Source: an uncultured Sphingomonadales bacterium (GTDB taxonomy: Bacteria; Pseudomonadota; Alphaproteobacteria; Sphingomonadales; CAKZYD01). Taken from it: a stretch of DNA of 64,000 bases. Within the stretch, counting starts at the first letter, position 1, and every line of letters starts with the position of its first letter. The position numbers and the translations under genes are program-made. The notes under the pieces are model-generated. The model had not been told where the DNA came from and did not search any database. It worked only from the letters and a program-made list of their open reading frames with translations. Positions 1 to 10,470 of this stretch are shown in pieces. The DNA is taken from contig CAZPXQ010000009.1 of the NCBI GenBank assembly GCA_964590595.1, positions 5,536 through 69,535 on the forward strand, in the 5' to 3' direction.

Positions 1-1
1 C

Positions 2-1657
2 GAACATTTCGCGCTGTCGCCGGATGGCCGCCATATCGCTCTGATCTTGCAAGTGTTTGCCGATTGCGCGGATCTGGCCTGCACCGCCGCGCGGCTGGAG
101 GCGGCAGAACAGCGCGCTGCGACTGGCAAGGTCTATGAACGCTTGTTCATCCGTCATTGGAACCAATGGCAGGATGGCCGGCAACGCCATGTCTTTGTGC
201 TGTCGCTGGCCGGCGGCGAACCGGTTCGGCTGAGCGCGGGCATTGCCGGCGATGTCGCCGCCGCACCCTTTGGCAGCGGCGACGATTTGCTCTTCACGCC
301 GGATGGCGAAAGCGTGATTTTTACCGCCCGGCTGGCTGCGGGCGAGGCGTGGTCGACCAATTACGATATCTATCAAGTACCGATCGACGCCAGCGGGCCG
401 CCGGTTAATTTGACCGCCGCCAACAAGGCCATGGACATTCGCCCGCAATTCACCCCCGATGGCCGCGGCCTGGCTTATATCTCCACCCAGGAACCCGGCT
501 ATGAATCGGGCAAGCGGCGCTTGATGCTGTTGGATCTGACCACCGGCCAGACCGCGCCGATCAATCCGGCTTGGGACCGTTCGGTCGATGCCTTCGCGTT
601 TCTGCCGGCCGGCAATATCGTGATCGTCCTGGCCCAGGACATGGGCCAGCGGCGGCTGTTCGCGATCAGTCGTCGTTCGGGCGCGGCGACCAAATTGACC
701 GGCGAGGGCTATGTCCATGATTTCGATCTGGTGAAGAATCAGATTGTCTATCAGTCCAGCAATTTGGCCGCGCCCGCAGATCTTTACGCCACCCGCGCCA
801 ATGGCAGCCGCCACAAGCGCTTGACCCGCGCCAATGACGCCGCCTTAAAGGGCGTGCGGCTGGCGGATTATGAGCAGTTCAGCTTTCCCGGATGGGGCGA
901 GCAGCCAGTGCATGGCTATGCCATGAAACCGGCGCAGTTTCAGCTCAACCAACGCTATCCTTTGGTTTATATCATTCATGGCGGGCCCCAAAGCAGCTTC
1001 GCCAATGTTTGGCACACGCGCTGGAACGCGCAGGCGCTGGCCGCCGCCGGCTATGGCGTGGTGTTCATCGATTTTCATGGCTCGACCGGCTATGGCCAGG
1101 CCTTTACCGACTCCATTACCCAGGATTGGGGCGGCAAACCGCTGGTCGACTGGCGGCGCGGCTTAGACGCGGCGCTGGCGCGTTTCGGCTGGTTGGACGG
1201 CGGCAAAGTCTGTGCCATGGGCGGGTCTTATGGCGGCTATGCGGTCAATTGGATCGCCGGGCAATGGCCGGACCGGTTCAACTGTCTGATCAACCATGCC
1301 GGCGTGTTCGATTTGCGCGCGATGTATTATGAGACCGAGGAACTTTGGTTCATGGAGCATGATTTTGGCGGGCCACAATTTCAGGCGCCAGCCAATTACG
1401 AACGCTTCAATCCGGTCGCCCATGTCGGCAAATGGCAAGCGCCGATGCTGGTGATTCACGGTGCCCAGGATTTTCGTTTGCCCGACACCCAGGGCCTTGC
1501 CACCTTCACCGCCTTGCAGCGACGCGGCATCCCCTCGAAACTGCTGTATTTTCCCGATGAAGGCCATCATATCGCGCAGCCGGCCAATGCCTTGCAATGG
1601 CATCACACCGTGCTGGAATGGCTGAACCGCTGGATCGGCGCTGGTTCAGGCCAATAG
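2..1657 (+). CDS. S9 family peptidase (dipeptidyl aminopeptidase/acylaminoacyl peptidase), 5'-truncated by window edge
   Basis: Frame open from position 2; beta-propeller-like N-part, IHGGP, GGSYGG nucleophile motif, HGAQDFR and FPDEGHH catalytic Asp/His motifs. Confidence 0.9.
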   Translation, partial: EHFALSPDGRHIALILQVFADCADLACTAARLEAAEQRAATGKVYERLFIRHWNQWQDGRQRHVFVLSLAGGEPVRLSAGIAGDVAAAPFGSGDDLLFTPDGESVIFTARLAAGEAWSTNYDIYQVPIDASGPPVNLTAANKAMDIRPQFTPDGRGLAYISTQEPGYESGKRRLMLLDLTTGQTAPINPAWDRSVDAFAFLPAGNIVIVLAQDMGQRRLFAISRRSGAATKLTGEGYVHDFDLVKNQIVYQSSNLAAPADLYATRANGSRHKRLTRANDAALKGVRLADYEQFSFPGWGEQPVHGYAMKPAQFQLNQRYPLVYIIHGGPQSSFANVWHTRWNAQALAAAGYGVVFIDFHGSTGYGQAFTDSITQDWGGKPLVDWRRGLDAALARFGWLDGGKVCAMGGSYGGYAVNWIAGQWPDRFNCLINHAGVFDLRAMYYETEELWFMEHDFGGPQFQAPANYERFNPVAHVGKWQAPMLVIHGAQDFRLPDTQGLATFTALQRRGIPSKLLYFPDEGHHIAQPANALQWHHTVLEWLNRWIGAGSGQ

Positions 1658-1722
1658 AGGCTTTCATCGTCGGCGGTTTTTTGCCATTTTGCGGCGCTTC
1701 ATCCGCAGGGCAATGAAATGAC

Positions 1723-4395
<2,673 letters not shown>

Positions 4396-4428
4396 CATGA
4401 CCCAGGCCCAAGCCACCCCCACCGCCCA

Positions 4429-4512
4429 TGGATCGCCACGGCGCTGCGCGCCTCGCGATGACGGGGCAGCTTTCACGTCACTGCGAGCCGGCATAGCCGG
4501 CGCGGCAGTCCA
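4429..4512. repeat. CGTC-tagged REP doublet (left flank): unit A reverse 4429-4463, 12-bp spacer, unit B forward 4476-4512
   Basis: A (rev-comp) CGTCATCGCGAGGCGCGCAGCGCCGTGGCGATCCA; B CGTCACTGCGAGCCGGCATAGCCGGCGCGGCAGTCCA; both palindromic; near-identical to 4832-4915. Confidence 0.92.
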
Positions 4513-4533
4513 TGGCGGTTACGGTTTAATGCC

Positions 4534-4824
4534 GTGAAACAGCCAGCGGTATATATAATGGCTAACAAACGGCATGGCACCATCTATACTGGTGTCACTT
4601 CGGACCTTGTCGGCCGGTCCTGGCAGCATCGAGAGGGATTGGTCGAGGGGTTCACCCGACGCTATGGCTGCAAGAAACTGGTTTATTACGAGATTTTTGA
4701 CGACATGCTGAATGCCATCGCGCGCGAAAAGCAAATCGAGGCTGGTTCAAGAAAGCGTAAAATCGCGCTGATCGAAGCGGCGAATCCGCAATGGCGCGAT
4801 CTTTTCGAGGAGATCGCGGCATGA
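4534..4824 (+). CDS. Stand-alone GIY-YIG nuclease family protein
   Basis: AVYIM...IYTGVTSDL..R..QH and AIAREKQI (conserved Tyr, Arg, His, Glu); C-terminal NPQWRDL; 96 aa, GTG start. Confidence 0.92.
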   Translation: MKQPAVYIMANKRHGTIYTGVTSDLVGRSWQHREGLVEGFTRRYGCKKLVYYEIFDDMLNAIAREKQIEAGSRKRKIALIEAANPQWRDLFEEIAA

Positions 4825-4831
4825 TGGCCCA

Positions 4832-5058
4832 TGGATCGCCACGGCGCTGCGCGCCTCGCGATGACGGGGCAGCTTTGCCGTCACTGCGAGCCGGCTTAGC
4901 CGGCGCGGCAGTCCATGGAGCAGCCTGCGGATCGCCACGGCGCTGCGCGTCTCGCGATGACGGGGCAGCTTTGCCGTCACTGCGAGCCGGCATAGCCGGT
5001 GCGGCAGTCCATGGCGCGGCCTGTGGATCGCCACGGCGCTGCGCGTCTCGCGATGATG
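4832..5058. repeat. CGTC-tagged REP array (right flank), A-B-A-B-A, 96-bp period
   Basis: A units 4832-4866, 4928-4962, 5024-5058; B units 4879-4915, 4975-5011; all linkers 12 bp. Confidence 0.93.
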
Positions 5059-5098
5059 GGGTAGCTGCGCTGCTATTGGATGGCGCGCGGGGGTGTTC

Positions 5099-5872
5099 AT
5101 GACTGCGGCTTTTGATGTGATCGGGCCGCGAACCGGCAATGTGCTAATTATTGCCGATCATGCGTCCAACCATATGCCGTCGGTGCTTGACAATCTTGGC
5201 CTTGAGCCGCGCTGGCTCAACCATCATATCGCGCTGGATATTGGCACTGGGCCGCTGGCGCGGGCATTGTCGGCGGGTTTGGGATTGCGGGCGGTGCTGG
5301 CGGGCTTTTCGCGCTTGTTGATAGACGCCAACCGGCCCGAAAATCATCCAGACTTGATCCCGGAAGCTTCGGATGGCGTGAGCATTCCGGGCAATTGCGG
5401 CTTGGACATGGCTGGCCGTCAATACCGGTTGGATCAGTTCCATCGGCCCTATCATGCAGCCATCGCGGCCGAGGCGGCGGCCATCGAAGCCCGCGGCGAG
5501 ACGCCGATTTTCCTATCGCTGCATAGTTTTACGCCTGTGATGGACGGTTTTGCCCGACCTTGGCATTGTGGACTTTTGTGGAACCGCGACAACCGCTTGG
5601 CCGCTCAGGCCGCCGACTGGCTGGACGGGCGCGGCAATCTGGTGGTCGGGCGCAATCAGCCTTATAGCGGCAAGATCCTCAATCACACGATGGACAACCA
5701 TGCCGAAGCCAGGGGACACCCTTATATCACCCTGGAAATTCGTCAGGACTTGATCGCCGATGAGGCCGGTGTCGGTCATTGGCGCGAGATTGTCGCGACA
5801 CTGTTGCTGGGTCTGGGTCTCATTTCATGTCGGTCTACGATGGCAGTGTCGAAAAATATTACACACCTCTAA
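5099..5872 (+). CDS. N-formylglutamate amidohydrolase family protein
   Basis: ADHASN, HIALDIG, FSRLLIDANR, FHRPYH, SLHSFTP, LEIRQDLI motifs. Confidence 0.88.
   Translation: MTAAFDVIGPRTGNVLIIADHASNHMPSVLDNLGLEPRWLNHHIALDIGTGPLARALSAGLGLRAVLAGFSRLLIDANRPENHPDLIPEASDGVSIPGNCGLDMAGRQYRLDQFHRPYHAAIAAEAAAIEARGETPIFLSLHSFTPVMDGFARPWHCGLLWNRDNRLAAQAADWLDGRGNLVVGRNQPYSGKILNHTMDNHAEARGHPYITLEIRQDLIADEAGVGHWREIVATLLLGLGLISCRSTMAVSKNITHL
5847..5863. promoter_or_regulatory. Enhancer-binding-protein site (TGT-N11-ACA), PrsR-type candidate
   Basis: TGTCGAAAAATATTACA, 64 nt upstream of the sigma-54 site of the PEP-CTERM gene. Confidence 0.65.
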
Positions 5873-5927
5873 TATCTGGCCGGATCGTTTTCAGCTAATC
5901 CCTTGGAATCCCCAGGTCGGCGGCGGC

Positions 5928-5943
5928 TGGCATAATCCTTGCT
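5928..5943 (+). promoter_or_regulatory. Sigma-54 (-24/-12) promoter
   Basis: TGGCATAATCCTTGCT = GG-N10-GC with TGGCA and TTGCT context. Confidence 0.82.
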
Positions 5944-6012
5944 TAACGATTTGGTAACGAGACGAGCGGGCGTTTCGTGTTAATTTATGTAGATGCAAGT
6001 GGAGTAGGTGTC

Positions 6013-6597
6013 ATGGGCGGTTTAAAATTATTTGCGGCAGCGATGATCGCGGTGGGCGGAGGTTTGTTTGCGTTTTCGGCGCAAGCCTTGCCCTTGTGCA
6101 CTACGGGTCCGGGCCTGGACCTGACATTGGGTTGCCAAGCCGGCGGCAACGACAATGAAGCGAATGTTGAACAGGCGATTGATGACGCCACCGGCACAGC
6201 GGTGGACGTGACCTTGTACGGCAAGTCGGATGATAACCCCAGCCTGTTTGATTTCACCAACATGTTGGATAAGGACGGCGATCCGACAACCAATTTGACC
6301 AGTGCTCTGTCCGGTCTGTGGGAAGTTTTGGACGGCACCCTGATCAGCTATATTTCGATCGTTGCCGGGCCTCAATTTGCGCTTTATGAAATTGACCCGG
6401 CCAGCGATACCGGCAGTTTCTCCACTTTGGGCCTGTTGGTTGGCGGCGGCCCTCAGGGCGGCAATCAGCCAGAAGTCTCGCACATCAGCTTCTGGACCGC
6501 GCCCGGTGACGACACCGACGTGCCGGAGCCGGCGGCGCTGGGCTTGCTTGGCTTGGGCTTGGTCGGTTTGGCCGCGATCCGCCGCCGCCGCGCCTGA
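6013..6597 (+). CDS. PEP-CTERM sorting-domain surface protein
   Basis: Signal peptide ending AQA, acidic/Gly/Thr-rich body, C-terminal VPEPAALGLLGLGLVGLAAIRRRRA. Confidence 0.93.
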   Translation: MGGLKLFAAAMIAVGGGLFAFSAQALPLCTTGPGLDLTLGCQAGGNDNEANVEQAIDDATGTAVDVTLYGKSDDNPSLFDFTNMLDKDGDPTTNLTSALSGLWEVLDGTLISYISIVAGPQFALYEIDPASDTGSFSTLGLLVGGGPQGGNQPEVSHISFWTAPGDDTDVPEPAALGLLGLGLVGLAAIRRRRA

Positions 6598-6622
6598 TCC
6601 AAAACATTCGTCACGACAATGT

Positions 6623-6656
6623 AAAAGGCGGTGCCAGGGCAAGGCGCCGCCTTTTT
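6623..6656. terminator. Intrinsic, probably bidirectional terminator
   Basis: AAAAGGCGGTGCC-loop-GGCGCCGCCTTTTT between convergent genes. Confidence 0.8.
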
Positions 6657-6717
6657 CTGTTGTGTGCGCTACACGGGGCGGGTTCACCATCACTTGGAGC
6701 CCCGCGGAGGCAGGCGC

Positions 6718-8574
6718 CTAGGGCTGGGTTGGTTGGGCGGCTAGCCAAGCGTCCAATTGTTCGGCTAAGACCGGTAGGGGCATTGGCCCCGCGCGCAAAA
6801 CTTGATGATGAAAGGCGCGCAAATCAAACGCATCGCCCAAGGCGGCTTGGGCCTCCTCACGCAAAGCCATCAGCTTGATCATGCCCAATTTATAGCCCAG
6901 CGCTTGGCCGGGCCAGGCCATATAGCGCTCGATCTCGCGGGTGACTTCATCGATATGATTGCCGGTGGTCTGGTGCATATAGGCGATGGCCTGTTCGCGG
7001 GTCCAGCGTTTGGCATGGATGCCGGTGTCGACCACCAGCCGGACGGCGCGGAACAGCTCATCTTGGAGCCGGCCGAGATTGCCGAAGGGATCGTCGTCAT
7101 ACAGACCCATTTCCCAGGCCAGATGCTCGGCATAAAGCGCCCAGCCCTCGACATAGCTGTTAAACGGCGCCAGCCGCCGCAACAGCGGCAGGTCGGGCAG
7201 GTTCATCGCCTCGGCGACCTGCAAATGATGGCCGGGCACGGTTTCATGATAGCTGAGGGTCTTCAAGGTATAACGTGGCCACGCCGTCATGTCGCGCAAG
7301 TTGATCCAATAAATGCCGGGCCTGGCGCCGTCCAGCGACGGTGGATCATAATAGCCGCTGGGCGAGGAGCCTTCATTGAAAGCGGGCACTCGGCGAATGT
7401 CGACCGGGCGGTGCGGCAGGTCTTGAAAATAATCCGGCAGCCGCTGCTCGATCGCGGTCACCGCCTGGCGCAAATAGGCCAGCAATTGGTCGCGGCCATC
7501 GTCATTATTGGCGAACAAAAAACGCGGCTCCGCGCCCAAGGCGGCCATCCGCGCGCCGACACTGCCCTCGCTATAGCCCTGGGCGGTCAAAATCGTGTCC
7601 ATCTCGCTTTCGATGCGGGCCACTTCCGCCAAACCGGTTTGATGCACCGCTTGTGCCGTCAACACGCCAGCACCCTGAGCCAGAATGGCCGCCTGATAAA
7701 ATTCGGCACCGCCCGGCTGCGCCCATATGCCAGCCAGATCATGCGCCCGCGCCGAGACATCATGCAGGGCCGCGTCGACCCGGCGATAGGCGGGATAGAC
7801 CACGGTTTCGATGGCTAGCGCGGCATCATCCAACAGCGCCTGCTTGGTCGCGGCGTCCAACGCCGGCAGACCGGCAAGCCGATCCGCGAAGCTGGTGTAA
7901 AGGATATGCGCCCGCGGCGCCGGATCGTCGAAGCTATCCAGCACCGCGCGCGTTTTATGCAATAGCGGCAAGGGCAGGATCAATCCGTCGCGCGCATCGG
8001 CCGTGATTTTGGCGGCGACGCTGGCCATCATCCGATCAAAGCCTTCTAAGCGGGCTATATAGGCGCGGGCTTGATCGAGATTGGCAACGCTTTGCTGCGC
8101 CTGCATGACATGCGGAATGTCGATATGCGGCCCCGAGATCGGACTGACGATATAAGGCGCATGGGGCACGAAGGAGAGCGGTGTAATCGTGCCATATGGC
8201 AAATGCCGGGCGGCCAAGGCCGCGTCCAGAATGGCGGTGATGATCGCATGATCAGCCTTGGCGCGGTCACCAAGACGTTGCGGGTCGACATCGGCCAAGG
8301 CGCGGGCGAATTGCGCCAGGGCGATGCGCTGACGCTCTTCTGCGGCCGGTGAAAAATCCGGCAGCCTGCTCAAATAATCGGTGCCGCCAAGCTTTTCGCC
8401 GACCGCATAATAGGTCGCCATGATCGGCGAATCTTGAAACAATCGCTCGGTTTCAGTCCCGATGACCTGTGCGAATTCAGCGTCGCTGGAGCTGGGGCCA
8501 TCGCATGCCGCCAGCGCCAACCCCATGACCAGCATGCCGATCGCCGTCCATCGGCGCGGAACATTTGCGCCCAT
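6718..8574 (-). CDS. DUF885 family lipoprotein (putative metallopeptidase)
   Basis: Lipobox LAAC; YHETVPGHHLQ, EGWALYAE, RAVRLVVDTGIH, PGQALGYKLG. Confidence 0.9.
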   Translation of the reverse strand: MGANVPRRWTAIGMLVMGLALAACDGPSSSDAEFAQVIGTETERLFQDSPIMATYYAVGEKLGGTDYLSRLPDFSPAAEERQRIALAQFARALADVDPQRLGDRAKADHAIITAILDAALAARHLPYGTITPLSFVPHAPYIVSPISGPHIDIPHVMQAQQSVANLDQARAYIARLEGFDRMMASVAAKITADARDGLILPLPLLHKTRAVLDSFDDPAPRAHILYTSFADRLAGLPALDAATKQALLDDAALAIETVVYPAYRRVDAALHDVSARAHDLAGIWAQPGGAEFYQAAILAQGAGVLTAQAVHQTGLAEVARIESEMDTILTAQGYSEGSVGARMAALGAEPRFLFANNDDGRDQLLAYLRQAVTAIEQRLPDYFQDLPHRPVDIRRVPAFNEGSSPSGYYDPPSLDGARPGIYWINLRDMTAWPRYTLKTLSYHETVPGHHLQVAEAMNLPDLPLLRRLAPFNSYVEGWALYAEHLAWEMGLYDDDPFGNLGRLQDELFRAVRLVVDTGIHAKRWTREQAIAYMHQTTGNHIDEVTREIERYMAWPGQALGYKLGMIKLMALREEAQAALGDAFDLRAFHHQVLRAGPMPLPVLAEQLDAWLAAQPTQP

Positions 8575-8576
8575 GG

Positions 8577-9095
8577 TCAGTAATTGGCTTTGTCGTCAAT
8601 GGCATGGCCGCGTTTGGGGATCAGCACCGAACGGACAAATTCGCAAACCTGATCGCCATGCTGATTGAACGCCCGTGATTTGACTGTGACAATGCCTTGG
8701 GTCGGCCGCGATTTCGACTCCCGCACTTCCAGCACTTCGCTTTCGCCATAAAGCGTGTCGCCACAAAAAACCGGTGCAGTCATTTTAATGTCGGTCCAGC
8801 CCAGATTGGCGATCGCTTTTTGGCTGACGTCGGAGACTGACATGCCCAGCAAGATCGACACCGTCAGAGACGAGACCACCAGCGGTTTTCCGAATTCCGA
8901 ATGCTTTGCGTATTCGGCATCAAAATGCAGCGGGTGGGTGTTCATGGTCAGAAGCGTGAACCAGCTATTGTCGGTCTCGCTGATGGTGCGGCCGGGACGA
9001 TGTTCGTAAATGTCGCCGACCTTGAACTCTTCCAAATAGCGGCCAAAGGATTCGCGGTAGCGGTTTTCGCTAACCTTCTTGCTTTCCCCACTCAT
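8577..9095 (-). CDS. MaoC family (hot-dog fold) dehydratase
   Basis: GRYLEEFKVG, GRTISETDN, NTHPLHFD, APVFCGDTL. Confidence 0.88.
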   Translation of the reverse strand: MSGESKKVSENRYRESFGRYLEEFKVGDIYEHRPGRTISETDNSWFTLLTMNTHPLHFDAEYAKHSEFGKPLVVSSLTVSILLGMSVSDVSQKAIANLGWTDIKMTAPVFCGDTLYGESEVLEVRESKSRPTQGIVTVKSRAFNQHGDQVCEFVRSVLIPKRGHAIDDKANY

Positions 9096-9179
9096 CATGC
9101 TCTCCCAGCACCACAACTGGGCGAAACTATGAGCGGCGGCTGGGCCTTAAGTCAATGCTGTGCCGCAACACAAGCGAAA

Positions 9180-9746
9180 TTAGCCTCCCTCGGGCACGAC
9201 AATTTCGGTCAGCGCGCCAAAGCGTGGCCGATAAAAGGCGACATGGTAGATTTCGCGTTCCGACATCACTGGATCATACAACACTGGCCGGTGGCGGAAA
9301 AACACCTCGGCAACGATCACGCCGTCGCCGGCATCCAATTGAATTTCCGGCGGTAGTGTCGCCAAGCTGTCGGCGCCACTGCCGATTTTGCTGGCGGCGG
9401 TATAACTGTTGTTGGAAAAACTTTGCCAGCGAATAGCCGGCGGATTGGTGCCACTGCGGGTGACCGACGTGATGACGACAACCCCATTTTGATTGAAGTC
9501 GGTCTCGCCCGACACCAATTCAATGGCCGAGAAAATATTGTCAATATCGACCTGCGTGACCTGGCGGGCCTGAGCGATCAAATCGGCCGTGCTCATCGCT
9601 ACCCGGTTCATTTTCTGATGCTTGAGCATGAAGAACGACAATTCGGTGCCGCCCATCACCATCATCACCAAAATCGGCAGGGTGAACGCCAACTCCATGA
9701 AGGTGCTGGCGCGCTGGTCTGTTTTAAATTGCCGCAATTTGATCAT
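9180..9746 (-). CDS. TadE/TadG-like pseudopilin
   Basis: DQRASTFMELAFTLPIL prepilin-like N-terminus; end of Tad cluster. Confidence 0.82.
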   Translation of the reverse strand: MIKLRQFKTDQRASTFMELAFTLPILVMMVMGGTELSFFMLKHQKMNRVAMSTADLIAQARQVTQVDIDNIFSAIELVSGETDFNQNGVVVITSVTRSGTNPPAIRWQSFSNNSYTAASKIGSGADSLATLPPEIQLDAGDGVIVAEVFFRHRPVLYDPVMSEREIYHVAFYRPRFGALTEIVVPEGG

Positions 9747-9821
9747 GGCCTTACCCCGAATAGGACTGCCCAAATAGGGCTAATTGCCAATAGCCGTCCC
9801 CATGCCTGTCAAGACGCTGCC

Positions 9822-10448
9822 TCATGTAGGCAGTGCGCATTGGCCATTGTCGGCCGGATTGATCGACGCCGGCTCGTTGCGCACCGCCGTCGACGCGCGC
9901 AAGGTCATGCTTGCGGCCGAGGGCACGATATGGGCAAAAAAGCCGGTCATGCTGTCCAACTGATAACTGAAGTCGTAAACCACCACATCGCCGGGACCGC
10001 CCAAGCCGGCGGCAGCCATGTCGGGGTCCCATTGATTGTTGCCGTTGATGTCAGTGAACGGTTCGCCGGCATCGTAGACGCCATTACCGTTCACATCGTC
10101 AAAATCTTCCGGCTCGCCGATATCGGTGAAGGAGCGATAGACCCGCTTGGTCACGCTGCGCCGCTCCGGGTCGGTGAAGCCCAGCATGGCTTTGTCGATG
10201 GTGGCTTGAATGAATTCTTCGCGGGTCATGCCGCAGGGCGAATAACCGGTGATGCCCTGGCGGGCCGCTTCCCGCGCCGCGCCTTCCAGCACAACCTTGG
10301 CGAACATAAAATTGCTAACCTCGAAGGCGCCAATCATCACTGTCAAAAGCACCGGCGCGGCGAAGGCGAATTCGGTGGCGGCAATGCCGTCTTCACGGCG
10401 CCAAAATGACGACAGGTATTTTTGAGACCAACGGCGTGTCTTGCGCAT
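9822..10448 (-). CDS. tadE: TadE-like pseudopilin
   Basis: REDGIAATEFAFAAP cleavage motif, AAREAAR, DxNGN repeats, VRNEP. Confidence 0.87.
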   Translation of the reverse strand: MRKTRRWSQKYLSSFWRREDGIAATEFAFAAPVLLTVMIGAFEVSNFMFAKVVLEGAAREAARQGITGYSPCGMTREEFIQATIDKAMLGFTDPERRSVTKRVYRSFTDIGEPEDFDDVNGNGVYDAGEPFTDINGNNQWDPDMAAAGLGGPGDVVVYDFSYQLDSMTGFFAHIVPSAASMTLRASTAVRNEPASINPADNGQCALPT

Positions 10449-10470
10449 TGTTTATCTCCTGAACCTGTGA

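Larger units (their letters stand above)
4429..5058. mobile_element. Putative REP-flanked GIY-YIG nuclease element (REPtron-like architecture)
   Basis: Nuclease gene enclosed by inverted REPs between valS and an amidohydrolase gene; mobility is inferred, not shown. Confidence 0.5.

Noticed and set aside
4429..5058. CRISPR array
   Set aside because: Units alternate in orientation, linkers are only 12 bp and near-identical, and no cas genes are in the window.
4414..5095. Outer terminal inverted repeats CACCCCC...CCAT / ATGG...GGGGGTG
   Set aside because: Only 12 of 16 match, low complexity, the right copy doubles as the next gene's RBS, and no target duplication is visible.
4652..5139. ORFs with repeated peptides (4652-4993, 4747-5139, 4791-5102)
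   Set aside because: Translations of the 96-bp GC-rich repeat, whose period is divisible by 3; no evidence they are real genes.
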